Source: Moraxella nasovis (lineage in GTDB: Bacteria; Pseudomonadota; Gammaproteobacteria; Pseudomonadales; Moraxellaceae). From it: a stretch of 32,000 bases of DNA. The DNA lies in contig NZ_CP089976.1 of the NCBI RefSeq assembly GCF_022701215.1, forward strand, positions 1,980,001 to 2,012,000, read 5' to 3'. The translations under genes and the position numbers were made by a program. Positions 17,601 through 24,786 of this stretch are shown here, piece after piece (position 1 is the first letter of the stretch; every line of letters begins with the position of its first letter). A model generated the notes under the pieces. It was not told where the DNA came from, ran no database searches, and saw only the letters and a program-made list of their open reading frames with translations.

Positions 17601-19152
17601 TGATACCCATGCTAAAGGTACGGTGGTTTATGAAGATTCTATACAAGTTGCTCAGATAGTTAAAAAACAAATCAAAGAGCGAGCTTTACATAATAAAGAA
17701 GTAAGCTGGCAATCTTTTAGTCCTTTTGATGAAGATACAAATCCAAAGGGTAGATTTATTGCATCTTATAATCCAGATGGTTCAGTTGCAAATCTACATT
17801 ATGAGATGGAATCTAAAACAAGAGATAGACTGCTAAACCGTAATTTAAATTTTAGTGACATTATGGGTTCTATGGTAGGTAACACACAAGCCAAACAACC
17901 AATGAGAGAACATCAAAGAGATATTGTGCGTGCATTACATAAAGACTATACAGATGCAATGAAATCACCAGATGCTAATATGTTGGATTTTTTGGTATTA
18001 ACACCTGATTCTTCTGACCCACAAATTGCAGAGCATTACAGATTACTACCTTATAGTTTTAAAGATGAAGCCAATAAGTTATTTGGATATAACCGTCCTA
18101 TTTATATTCGTAAAGATATTTATAATATGGTACTAGGCTATAGACGAGTAAGTTTAGCTAATGTGTGGGATAAACCAGAAAACGAGCTTAATGAGTTTGA
18201 AAAACGATTTAAAAATCTGGTTACATCTAAATGGGGTGATAAAGCACGTGGTAGAGTGTTATGGACAGGTAAACATTGGGGTGCTTTAGTTAAACAAGTA
18301 CAAAAATCTTGGGTAGTACGTAATCCATCTACATTAAAAGGTAATGTGATTTCTAATGCACTACTGTTAAGCTTAAAAGGTGTAAATCCAAAAGAAGTGA
18401 TAACAGGTCATGTACGAGTATGGAAACATGGTAAAGAGTATCGTGACCTTGTCACTAAGGTAGCTCGTATTAAGGTACAACTAGAAGCAGGTACAGCTAA
18501 TCAAGACCATCTACTAAGACAGCTAACAAACCTAACAGCAAGCATTAATTCACATTATTTACATAAGTTTATGCAAGCTGGTTTGATGAGTACGATTGTA
18601 GAAGACATTTCAGATGATAAAGGTCAATACACGTCAGCTTTAACGCGTAAGTTAGATAAATTTTATAATAATTTACCTAAGCCTTTAAAAGCTACGTTAG
18701 ATTTTGTGTTTATTACTGAAGATTCTAAGTTGTATAAAGCTCTTTATGATGCAACGCAATTTAGTGACTTTGCTGCTAAAGTGTTATTAATGGAGCAATT
18801 AATGAAAGAAGGACATAGTTTTAATTATGCTTATAGTGAAGCTCAAGATGCCTTTATTGCTTTTGATGTGCCTACCAGTAAGTATATGGATTATGCAAAT
18901 CGTATTGGTTTATTTATGTTTACTAAGTGGGCAATACGCTTTCAACGAGTGCTTGAAAAGCAATTTAAGAAAACACCAGCATCTGTCATAATGCAACACC
19001 TGTTAATAGAGAAGTTTACTGATGAAGCAGGTATTGCTAATCCTTGGGTAGGATTTGATATTATCTCTGGGAATACTGGTTTAGAAGATGGTGCATTTGG
19101 TTTATTAGATGCCTATTTACATACGCCTGTGATAGACCATATCGTTGATTAG
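11620..19152 (+). CDS. giant multidomain (polyvalent-type) protein, 2510 codons: N-terminal unknown region, NADAR domain, nuclease-like modules, HEXXH zincin, ~1200-aa helical C-terminal region
   Basis: It is an uninterrupted 7.5-kb frame. The NADAR alignment to YbiA covers residues ~456-584. HELGH lies at residues 1194-1198 (nt 15199-15213). The start is uncertain: GTG with no SD, and the first ATG in frame is codon 117. Confidence 0.85.
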   Translation: MYGAGIANTVNTVQDGLVDAIRTEYENISKLVRKNDYTQATERALKLQEQLRVLLADPNFNLPNADQLLSKQTWLDAQPSTGWYANPKNKYRVFNLEQQLRANTSWVLKEIFDTARMSYMGEMIQTQHDNTALAERATNIYIRVFDEKVKQVIEQNKQQANTPQQADAINLSIEQYQQIQEELKAIFPSIKTPFIGENALDWTDNGYHPVKSVETLQEDLSSEPLTRDSNGNINYHQLSASMRKMVFKGLATTSFQTQSVDAYVTAITSSGGGHPNNHISMNNHDSNSGGIHFVTDMAKAQNKAFFYGLATYHANEATLDAFLRTILGALNTYQGKKPPIALVGSSTGNIDSLLNLVKTTKQQELAKLKGLLALQKIQQYATEGGEYLVAGEDRTFVIKQIEALEERFEDYEKQAKQIHTAYKALAKKQNNGEQTNKAVTKPNLKESLTLSERNGSVINIWHGSNENANLSNLALRPFTAKNGRKYQSVEHFYQSHKTGKFDETIYGNVGWFKAGTKIKKGTAKTENDFNIKLMKAGIKMSFEQNPRALRELLATGNATLTHTQETGMWREMFPKLLMEVRDELGQVEQQESTDNLVKETKAYFDKYLKGKSFDTVIGKVHVLGSSWQKKLKHGIKTDHLRAKAIPFIPDILTKGVYEGKQDLGKIRNDTYVAFHSFTKELDIDDEKVFARLLVGERANNEYKFVAYSIYPKKENSDIGDSGDLARAVSEFEDSVANQDEDVKPTLTGKSPYLAKDQAKSDIANKFIGFGAKGSSTDVYRQDWGNKANTGSYTSTDKVFVSINGKRPNRIGVEAYKAELDLAIQAGAVLITDKAYDRNRPFNVGEREVAEYLNQKGYVETSDGIWGRASNESKDVKYQANSFGERPNLKDVADIDVVEINAKELGFKQTKQLADEILRQLQQTDAIYNHDTGWNLQVGKKDRKKMGDNNNLSHATSQAVQGIKELVRNAVVAETHQDVKHGNERVTAIHRMYVPADINGQLHRVKLTIKDYSLNDGTKRKNLHAIEAIEIENALLGTLPPDATNGVIQGVAQPTTGHKLSIVNLLKGVKHDGDDGVFFDTAPTRRLGFKDLETDKLQAQNVIASDTDIRVNNTQVLKRLLISKFDKEDTTHLYARQHLRNVLALVQPINPTVEIKVTADGDYQGVYDISDNTITISETYANTASYKNLVGVLTHELGHATTMQRLRDIRAGKVTSPKVLQALNHLINKRNTILTELNKAGVALSDKQAYILEAGKYSDENQYGIEELISHVLGNDVEALRLLTEYGGNKTDLSKNTKGIKAFINAVKNLFTPNLDNKKAQGKKQFEAQYSDFMGALIELTQPLDDISDNTDLTPNGLDLLDELTTQDVTTQVIANHKLAAHAYFNEADEVYAHYQDVAHKSTIEVLKQLPKGNISETHNAKLDGLIDTLLSSFYNKHHNASALLANQDKLDKAIISDDNQVLSHGFNLSAKELASYQAVKAVLDSFGNAQRHEAYQELRHIYEEMLDNKAGYQQFINSDNPTKDDIELAKKQYDFLFPKKETDHTPAHRLVALSLTSEQMYNLLNQKRQILKNKSDNQSWFDKAMGLFKTLLDVLLQKVKGDKSKPINAQIDFLVNKLTKLDEHYRLQSLRRSDKLWEYRKFITVPANKAVKGALDVGKSVTVAVFPKTQTYFDAVVKTPSQIARDISNAINASDSSDKPLGTLRELMNEYGTTTIMQKLMTRMLATTQSIGQERELTRASTKSQLLAFFKDKPTANQAQAITKGLYETDASSLLNYHDMDTTLGLIVNHSLRDGRITAIRNQITHNFQLNLDEINGIIKATMVAARKMYDGATLADYFSNPELIAFTYNKPNNKELIGLIDELTTLTALRYSHDGVYKKADMSELIALIQNDEDAIRQVLKHHHTHMTAFKTQEFASNPFSFTKGYTPELYDELRAVKAVTGEELQEYLNKGWALETPDGIKQDDFDDTHTRYLVTTADAGKPHYQSGVLELSDTHAKGTVVYEDSIQVAQIVKKQIKERALHNKEVSWQSFSPFDEDTNPKGRFIASYNPDGSVANLHYEMESKTRDRLLNRNLNFSDIMGSMVGNTQAKQPMREHQRDIVRALHKDYTDAMKSPDANMLDFLVLTPDSSDPQIAEHYRLLPYSFKDEANKLFGYNRPIYIRKDIYNMVLGYRRVSLANVWDKPENELNEFEKRFKNLVTSKWGDKARGRVLWTGKHWGALVKQVQKSWVVRNPSTLKGNVISNALLLSLKGVNPKEVITGHVRVWKHGKEYRDLVTKVARIKVQLEAGTANQDHLLRQLTNLTASINSHYLHKFMQAGLMSTIVEDISDDKGQYTSALTRKLDKFYNNLPKPLKATLDFVFITEDSKLYKALYDATQFSDFAAKVLLMEQLMKEGHSFNYAYSEAQDAFIAFDVPTSKYMDYANRIGLFMFTKWAIRFQRVLEKQFKKTPASVIMQHLLIEKFTDEAGIANPWVGFDIISGNTGLEDGAFGLLDAYLHTPVIDHIVD

Positions 19153-19180
19153 GGAAAAACCATAATAAAATAAATTAAAT

Positions 19181-19210
19181 AAACCCACTTAATTGGTGGG
19201 TTTATTTATT
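19181..19210. terminator. bidirectional terminator between the giant ORF and the convergent small ORF
   Basis: AAACCCAC (19181-19188) pairs with GTGGGTTT (19196-19203), with A-rich sequence upstream and T-rich sequence downstream. Confidence 0.65.
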
Positions 19211-19231
19211 ATATGGTTTACAAATTATGGG

Positions 19232-19567
19232 TTAGTTAGCACTAAAAACTTTATCTAAGTTTACCCCATGAACTACTAACCATGCTTGAGCAGGGTAGCT
19301 ATTGACTGTTAAACGTCCTACTTCTACTTGGTGGAATTCCAGCTCATTTTCTAAACAGTAGTGACGTAAACTATGCCATGAGTAAGATTGTCCTGTAATA
19401 TTACTAACTTCAGAAGTAGATGCAGAAGGTACTTTAAACTTAAGGGGTTCAGCTGGTTTATCTGATTCATCAGCTAGTACTTCGTTAGTTAGATAATCTA
19501 TCATAATTTGAATCGCATTTCGTACTTCATCTTTTGAATAAATGTGGTTTAGCGTGGTCATTGACAT
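19232..19567 (-). CDS. hypothetical protein co-transcribed with the integrase (possible DNA-binding/recombination directionality factor)
   Basis: An AAGGAG SD precedes the start, which lies 28 nt downstream of the integrase stop. The 111-aa product has an acidic linker. No recognisable motif is present. Confidence 0.55.
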   Translation of the reverse strand: MSMTTLNHIYSKDEVRNAIQIMIDYLTNEVLADESDKPAEPLKFKVPSASTSEVSNITGQSYSWHSLRHYCLENELEFHQVEVGRLTVNSYPAQAWLVVHGVNLDKVFSAN

Positions 19568-19595
19568 AATAACTCCTTAGTTTTGTTGATTAAAA

Positions 19596-20501
19596 TTAAA
19601 GTTTAGTTGCTTGTTGTTTTAGACTATTCAAATAATTAAACCACAAGCGATAAGCATTGGTTTGTTCAGGTAAGTAATGGTAATGGTCGTAAACACTACG
19701 AATACCTGTGACTTGATGCCCTAGCATCATCTCAGCAACTGTAAGTGACGTAAAACTACTAAATCTAGTTCTTGCTGTGCGTCTTAGGTCGTGAATACAC
19801 CAAGGCTTCATCACATAGTGATACTGCTGATTTAGGTGTTGTCTGATACGTAGGGGTATTAAATTAGCCCAAGTGCGGGCTATAGGCTCATTAGCAGATA
19901 TTTTCTTAATTTGACGATTGCAAAGCAGTAATTCATTACCACTTAAAGCAATTAACTCATCAATAACTGCCAAAGATTCGTCCAGTATGGGACGAAAGAT
20001 AGGCGTGTGGGTACGATACCCCATCTTATGGTTAGACTGTGGTACAGTCCAAACCATCTGGATAAAATCAAAATCAGCCTTACGAGCTAATCTTAACTCT
20101 CCATTACGACAACCGTACAACAAAAGAAACTGAATGGCTAGACAGTTACGTTTAAATAAAGCACCATCTTGTAGTGCTTTAAATAACCATATCAATTCTT
20201 CATCATTCAGTACTCTTGACTTTTGTGGTTTTACAATCCCAAAATCAGCATAAGCGGTTAATTCTTTTAAGGGATTAGTAGTGATATAGCCGTGAGTTAC
20301 GCACCATTTCATTACCATACGAGCATAGATTAAAATTCTGTTGGCTATGCTAGGGGATTTTTGTTTAACTTCATCAATCAAACTGACCCAAAAACTCGTG
20401 CTAAGCTTATCTACAGGTATATCACCATATTTTTTTGAGGGGGGTTGATGTTGGATAAAAATATGGCATGGAGGCGGTAGGTGAAGTGGTTTGATGGGCA
20501 T
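19596..20501 (-). CDS. tyrosine recombinase, P4-type integrase lacking the N-terminal arm-binding domain (likely 5'-truncated)
   Basis: The catalytic signature is retained (GCRNGELRLAR, HDLRRTARTR, LGHQVTGIRSVYDHY). The product is only 301 aa, against about 400 for the family. An in-frame stop lies 4 codons upstream of the ATG. Confidence 0.8.
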   Translation of the reverse strand: MPIKPLHLPPPCHIFIQHQPPSKKYGDIPVDKLSTSFWVSLIDEVKQKSPSIANRILIYARMVMKWCVTHGYITTNPLKELTAYADFGIVKPQKSRVLNDEELIWLFKALQDGALFKRNCLAIQFLLLYGCRNGELRLARKADFDFIQMVWTVPQSNHKMGYRTHTPIFRPILDESLAVIDELIALSGNELLLCNRQIKKISANEPIARTWANLIPLRIRQHLNQQYHYVMKPWCIHDLRRTARTRFSSFTSLTVAEMMLGHQVTGIRSVYDHYHYLPEQTNAYRLWFNYLNSLKQQATKL

Positions 20502-20544
20502 CGTGATGATCGATTATTGTTCATGATGGGTTAAGCTGATGGTT

Positions 20545-20934
20545 TTATCTTGGCTGATGTTTGTGTGTTGTTTGGCGTGGTTTTTTGTGGGTAGGCTTGA
20601 TATGTACCTTAACGATGCCTTGTGATAACGGTGCAAGATGTGAGAACGCTTTTTTGGTCAAATCAATACGACCTGATTTACCGATACGGTCATTGACTTT
20701 GCAGATGATGGATTTGCCATTTTTTGCGTTGATGACTTTAACATAACTGCCAAGTTTGAACTGGTTGGACGCACAAGTCATGCCTTGATTGCTAAATCGC
20801 TCGCCATTGGCGGTTTTGCGTCCATTGAATTTATCGGCATAATAAGAGGCGGTTGCTGCTTGAGCGTGAATGGAGAGCGTGGTCAGTGCAATTGCCAAAA
20901 AAGCAGCAAAATAACTTTTTAAAGAATGATTCAT
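20545..20934 (-). CDS. RlpA-like double-psi beta-barrel (DPBB) secreted protein
   Basis: A signal peptide ends at AQA. The motif ASYYADKFNGRKTANGERF...VKVINAKNGKSIICKVNDRIG is typical of the RlpA family. Confidence 0.8.
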   Translation of the reverse strand: MNHSLKSYFAAFLAIALTTLSIHAQAATASYYADKFNGRKTANGERFSNQGMTCASNQFKLGSYVKVINAKNGKSIICKVNDRIGKSGRIDLTKKAFSHLAPLSQGIVKVHIKPTHKKPRQTTHKHQPR

Positions 20935-21293
20935 AATATTTGTTGGTTACAATGAATGGTCATTATACTAGATGATAAATTGTATTTGCAAATAATATGC
21001 CATAGCTTTACTTTGTCATCACAAAAAGATAAGGTTTGGGAAATATTGTTAAAAACGATGATTCAAAAACCACTATTTAAAAATAAGCCATCTTAAATCA
21101 TAACCTACCTTAAATCAAATCTACCCTACCTAATGCAAAAAGCACTACTTAAAAGCACTCAAATTGCAAAGATGAATTGGTAGGTTGAGAATAACTATGT
21201 GTGGTGATGTTGCAGTGGTATGATGAATTGTTTATAATATTTGGATATCTTTTATCATTATTTTTTATTATCATTAACAAAGGGTGTTAGGCT

Positions 21294-22502
21294 GTGGCAA
21301 TTTTATCTATGCAGGATTTGGATTTATTAGGCAAGCGTGTGCTGATTCGTGAAGATTTGAATGTGCCGATTAAAGACGGCGTAATTACAAGTGATATACG
21401 TCTTAAAGCTGCTATTCCTACCGTTGAAGAAGCCTTGAAAAAAGGAGCAGCAGTTATTGTGGCATCGCATTTAGGTCGTCCAACTGAAGGGGAAAAGGAG
21501 CAAAAATACTCGCTTAAGCCTGTGGCAGATTATTTGGCAAAAAACTTAGATTACCCTGTGTCTTTTTCAAATGACTACCTAGAGCATGGCGTAGACGCTA
21601 AGGCAGGCGAGCTGATAGTACTAGAAAACGTACGTTTTAACCAAGGCGAAAAGAAAAACAGCGAAACACTATCTAAACAATATGCCGATTTGTGTGACGT
21701 TTTCGTGATGGACGCATTTGGCACGGCACACAGAGCCCAAGCATCAACCGAAGGGGTTATTCGTGCAGCTGCTCGTGACGGTAAGCCTGTGTGTGCTGGT
21801 AATCTTTTATCAACGGAACTATCAGCACTGGCTACCGCACTAAATCAGCCAAAGCCACCTGTGCTTGCCATTGTTGGTGGCTCAAAAGTATCTACCAAGC
21901 TTGATGTGTTATTAAGCCTAGCTAAGATATGCGATAGTATTGTTGTGGGCGGTGGTATTGCCAATACGTTTTTGGCAGCCCAAGGGGTGAATGTCGGTGC
22001 ATCACTATATGAGCCTGACTTGATTGACACTGCTAAGGCTATCATGACGCAGACAAACATTTTATTACCAGATTATGTCGTTGTCGCTGATAAAGCCCAG
22101 ATTGATTTTGATGACTTTTTAGGTTCACTTTCTAAGGCAGATGCAGTCGTTAAGTCTGTTACTGAAATAGGCGAAAATGATATGATTTTAGACATTGCCA
22201 AACAAAGTGCTGAAAAAATTGGCGATGCGATTAAAAATGCCAAAACCATACTTTGGAATGGACCTGTGGGCGTCTTTGAAGTGGATAAATTTGGTATAGG
22301 TACACAGATTTTGTCTTTGGCAGTAAAAGACAGTGATGCTTTTAGTATTGCAGGTGGTGGTGATACATTGGCAGCAATTGATAAATATGGCGTAGCAGAT
22401 GATGTCAGTTATCTATCCACAGGCGGTGGGGCGTTTTTAGAGTTTGTTGAAGGTAAGACTTTGCCTGCCATTGCAGCATTAGAAGAGTTTGTTGCCAAAT
22501 AA
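21294..22502 (+). CDS. pgk: phosphoglycerate kinase
   Basis: It aligns fully with Pgk ([45 protein letters not shown]). The GTG start at 21294 matches the homolog N-terminus. Confidence 0.95.
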   Translation: MAILSMQDLDLLGKRVLIREDLNVPIKDGVITSDIRLKAAIPTVEEALKKGAAVIVASHLGRPTEGEKEQKYSLKPVADYLAKNLDYPVSFSNDYLEHGVDAKAGELIVLENVRFNQGEKKNSETLSKQYADLCDVFVMDAFGTAHRAQASTEGVIRAAARDGKPVCAGNLLSTELSALATALNQPKPPVLAIVGGSKVSTKLDVLLSLAKICDSIVVGGGIANTFLAAQGVNVGASLYEPDLIDTAKAIMTQTNILLPDYVVVADKAQIDFDDFLGSLSKADAVVKSVTEIGENDMILDIAKQSAEKIGDAIKNAKTILWNGPVGVFEVDKFGIGTQILSLAVKDSDAFSIAGGGDTLAAIDKYGVADDVSYLSTGGGAFLEFVEGKTLPAIAALEEFVAK

Positions 22503-22664
22503 ATTGAAATAATTTTATTTTATATTAAGCTAAAAATCATTAATAGGTTAAATTATTGTAATGTTTTGTATTTAGACGGTAAAATCTATTGCAAATCATT
22601 GCAAATTTACCTATGATAGCATATTGTTTGATATAGATTACACGTTTAACTAGGTAGGTTTATC

Positions 22665-22919
22665 ATGAAAAAATTAGCTATATTTGGAGCGATGGTGGCA
22701 CTTGTGGCTTTGACAGCGTGCAGTCAAGAGACACAAGATAAAGCTGCTGAAGCTGTAGATTCAGCGAAAACAGATACTGCTGAAGTTGCTAAGCAAGCAG
22801 AAGCCGCAGCTCAAGGTGTTGCAGATGAAGCTGTCGCTGTCGCTCAAGATGTTAGCAGCGAAGTTGCAGCAGCAGAGAATACCGCAGAAAGCCAAGTGCC
22901 AGAAGATCAAAAATACTAA
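22665..22919 (+). CDS. small Ala/Glu-rich lipoprotein
   Basis: It has a signal peptide with the lipobox LTAC and a low-complexity acidic mature part, and a terminator follows. Confidence 0.6.
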   Translation: MKKLAIFGAMVALVALTACSQETQDKAAEAVDSAKTDTAEVAKQAEAAAQGVADEAVAVAQDVSSEVAAAENTAESQVPEDQKY

Positions 22920-22956
22920 GCTTGGCTACTTGGTATGTTAAGCTAACAGCGTACTA

Positions 22957-22983
22957 AGCTCGACTTATCGTCGGGCTTTTTTG
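22957..22983 (+). terminator. Rho-independent terminator
   Basis: AGCTCGAC (22957-22964) pairs with GTCGGGCT (22970-22977), followed by a T6 run. Confidence 0.6.
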
Positions 22984-23013
22984 TTGATTAGTCATGCAAG
23001 ACAGCTTATTATT

Positions 23014-23022
23014 TGGTATAAT
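23014..23022 (+). promoter_or_regulatory. extended -10 element (TGGTATAAT) upstream of fba
   Basis: It is an exact TGnTATAAT match lying 37 nt upstream of the ATG. Confidence 0.4.
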
Positions 23023-23058
23023 ACCAGGTAAATTTATCACTATCTTAAGGAGAATTTC

Positions 23059-24096
23059 ATGGCACTCGTATCACTACGCCAATTACTTGATCATGCAGGC
23101 GAACACGCTTATGGCTTACCCGCCTTTAATGTCAATAACTTAGAGCAAATGCGTGCCATTATGATGGCGGCTGATGAGACCGACTCACCAGTCATTGTCC
23201 AAGCATCGGCAGGTGCCAGAAAATATGCAGGCGCACCTTTTTTGCGTCATTTGATTTTATCTGCCATTGAAGAGTGGCCACACATTCCTGTGGTCATGCA
23301 CCAAGACCACGGCACAAGCCCAGCTGTCTGTCAGCGTTCTATTCAGCTTGGATTTAGTTCGGTGATGATGGACGGCTCACTACGTGAAGACGGCAAAACT
23401 CCTGCTGATTATGAATATAACGTCGCCGTTACTCGTGAAGTGGTCAAGATGGCTCATGCGTGTGGTGTGTCGGTTGAAGGCGAAATTGGCTGTTTGGGTA
23501 GCTTAGAAACTGGCATGGCAGGCGAAGAAGACGGCGTGGGTGCAGAAGGGGTGTTAGATCATAGCCAATTATTGACCTCAGTAGAAGAAGCTCGTCAATT
23601 TGTATCAGACACGAACGTTGACGCTTTGGCGATTGCTGTGGGGACATCGCACGGTGCTTATAAATTCACACGACCACCAACAGGCGATATTTTGGCAATA
23701 GACCGCATTAAAGAGATTCACGAAGCCCTACCAAATACGCATTTGGTCATGCACGGCTCATCTAGCGTGCCACAAGAATGGCTACAAATCATCAATGAAA
23801 ATGGTGGTAATATCGGTGAGACTTATGGCGTGCCTGTTGAGCAGTTGGTTGATGCCATCAAACATGGCGTGCGTAAGATTAACATTGATACCGATTTGCG
23901 TTTGGCAAGCACTGGGGCTATTCGTCAATTTTTAAATGAACACCCTGCTGAATTTGACCCACGCAAATATCTAACTGCATCTATCAATGCCATGAAAGAC
24001 ATCTGTGTGGCACGTTATGAAGCCTTTGGTTCGGCAGGCAATGCCAGTAAGATTCGCCCCATCTCGCTTGAAAAAATGGTAGATTATTATAATTAA
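23059..24096 (+). CDS. fba: class II fructose-bisphosphate aldolase
   Basis: It carries the motifs [33 protein letters not shown] and LVMHGSS. An AAGGAG SD precedes the start. Confidence 0.95.
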   Translation: MALVSLRQLLDHAGEHAYGLPAFNVNNLEQMRAIMMAADETDSPVIVQASAGARKYAGAPFLRHLILSAIEEWPHIPVVMHQDHGTSPAVCQRSIQLGFSSVMMDGSLREDGKTPADYEYNVAVTREVVKMAHACGVSVEGEIGCLGSLETGMAGEEDGVGAEGVLDHSQLLTSVEEARQFVSDTNVDALAIAVGTSHGAYKFTRPPTGDILAIDRIKEIHEALPNTHLVMHGSSSVPQEWLQIINENGGNIGETYGVPVEQLVDAIKHGVRKINIDTDLRLASTGAIRQFLNEHPAEFDPRKYLTASINAMKDICVARYEAFGSAGNASKIRPISLEKMVDYYN

Positions 24097-24111
24097 GCTA
24101 TTGCTTTTTAT

Positions 24112-24140
24112 AAAACCCAGCTTTTTTTGTTGGGTTTTAT
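24112..24140 (+). terminator. Rho-independent terminator after fba
   Basis: AAAACCCAG (24112-24120) pairs with TTGGGTTTT (24130-24138), with a T-rich loop and tail. Confidence 0.5.
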
Positions 24141-24162
24141 AGTTTTAAGACAAAGGATTTTT

Positions 24163-24786
24163 ATGATTGCAATGATTACAGGGCAAGTGCAATACCTAAA
24201 TGCACCATTTGCTTGTATTATGACAACGCACGGCGTTGGCTATGAGATTGAGTTGCCCATCCCTGCATTTTGTACATTAGCGGTGGGTGCTCAAGCGTCA
24301 CTTTTTACGCATTTACACGTGCGTGAAGATGCGCAGCTGCTTTTTGGGTTCATAAGTCAGACCGAACGAGATACATTTCGAAAGCTTATTAAGATTACAG
24401 GTGTGGGGGCAAAAATGGCGGTGGCAATCTTATCCACGCTATCGGTTGATGAACTTCGCCAAGCAGTCGAATGTAATAATGATGCAGCTTTGGTTCGTGT
24501 CCCCGGCATTGGCAAAAAAACCGCTCAGCGTCTAGTGATAGACTTAAAAGGCAAACTTACGCAGTTTGGCGGTGGGATACTTGATGGTCAAGGTGAATTT
24601 TTTGATGTTGGCGTGATAGGCGATACCACCATGAGAGTGATTGCTGAAGTGGAGAGTGCTTTGGTTAGCTTAGGCTATAAAGAAAAAGAAGCTCAAAAAG
24701 CGATTAAAAACGCCCAGCAGGATTTGGACGATATAAATACCCAAACCCTACTAAAAGCCGCTTTAAAGGCTCTGTCTGGATTCTGA
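24163..24786 (+). CDS. ruvA: Holliday junction branch migration complex subunit RuvA
   Basis: It is collinear with E. coli RuvA (GVGYEI, VREDAQLLFGF, FRKLIKITGVGAKMA, VPGIGKKTAQRLVIDLK). The ATG at 24163 follows AAGGA. Confidence 0.9.
   Translation: MIAMITGQVQYLNAPFACIMTTHGVGYEIELPIPAFCTLAVGAQASLFTHLHVREDAQLLFGFISQTERDTFRKLIKITGVGAKMAVAILSTLSVDELRQAVECNNDAALVRVPGIGKKTAQRLVIDLKGKLTQFGGGILDGQGEFFDVGVIGDTTMRVIAEVESALVSLGYKEKEAQKAIKNAQQDLDDINTQTLLKAALKALSGF

Larger units (their letters stand above)
10008..20544. mobile_element. degenerate integrative island (TA pair, giant polyvalent ORF, small ORF, truncated integrase)
   Basis: The DNA is markedly AT-richer than the flanking core genes. It contains a P4-type tyrosine recombinase lacking its N-terminal domain and a plasmid/phage-type TA addiction pair. 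No flanking direct repeats or tRNA were found, so the boundaries are approximate. Confidence 0.6.

Noticed and set aside
9990-20560. A search for att-type direct repeats or a tRNA/tmRNA fragment at the island ends
   Set aside because: Only trivial matches were found (for example GATTAT at both ends), and no tRNA-like T-arm/acceptor sequence was seen. An alignment tool is needed, so no att call is made.
22590-22610. A short direct repeat (ATTGCAAAT x2) upstream of the small lipoprotein gene, and the CTTAAATCA repeats at about 21094-21125
   Set aside because: They are very short and sit in AT-rich intergenic DNA, so they are compatible with chance. They are not supported as operators.
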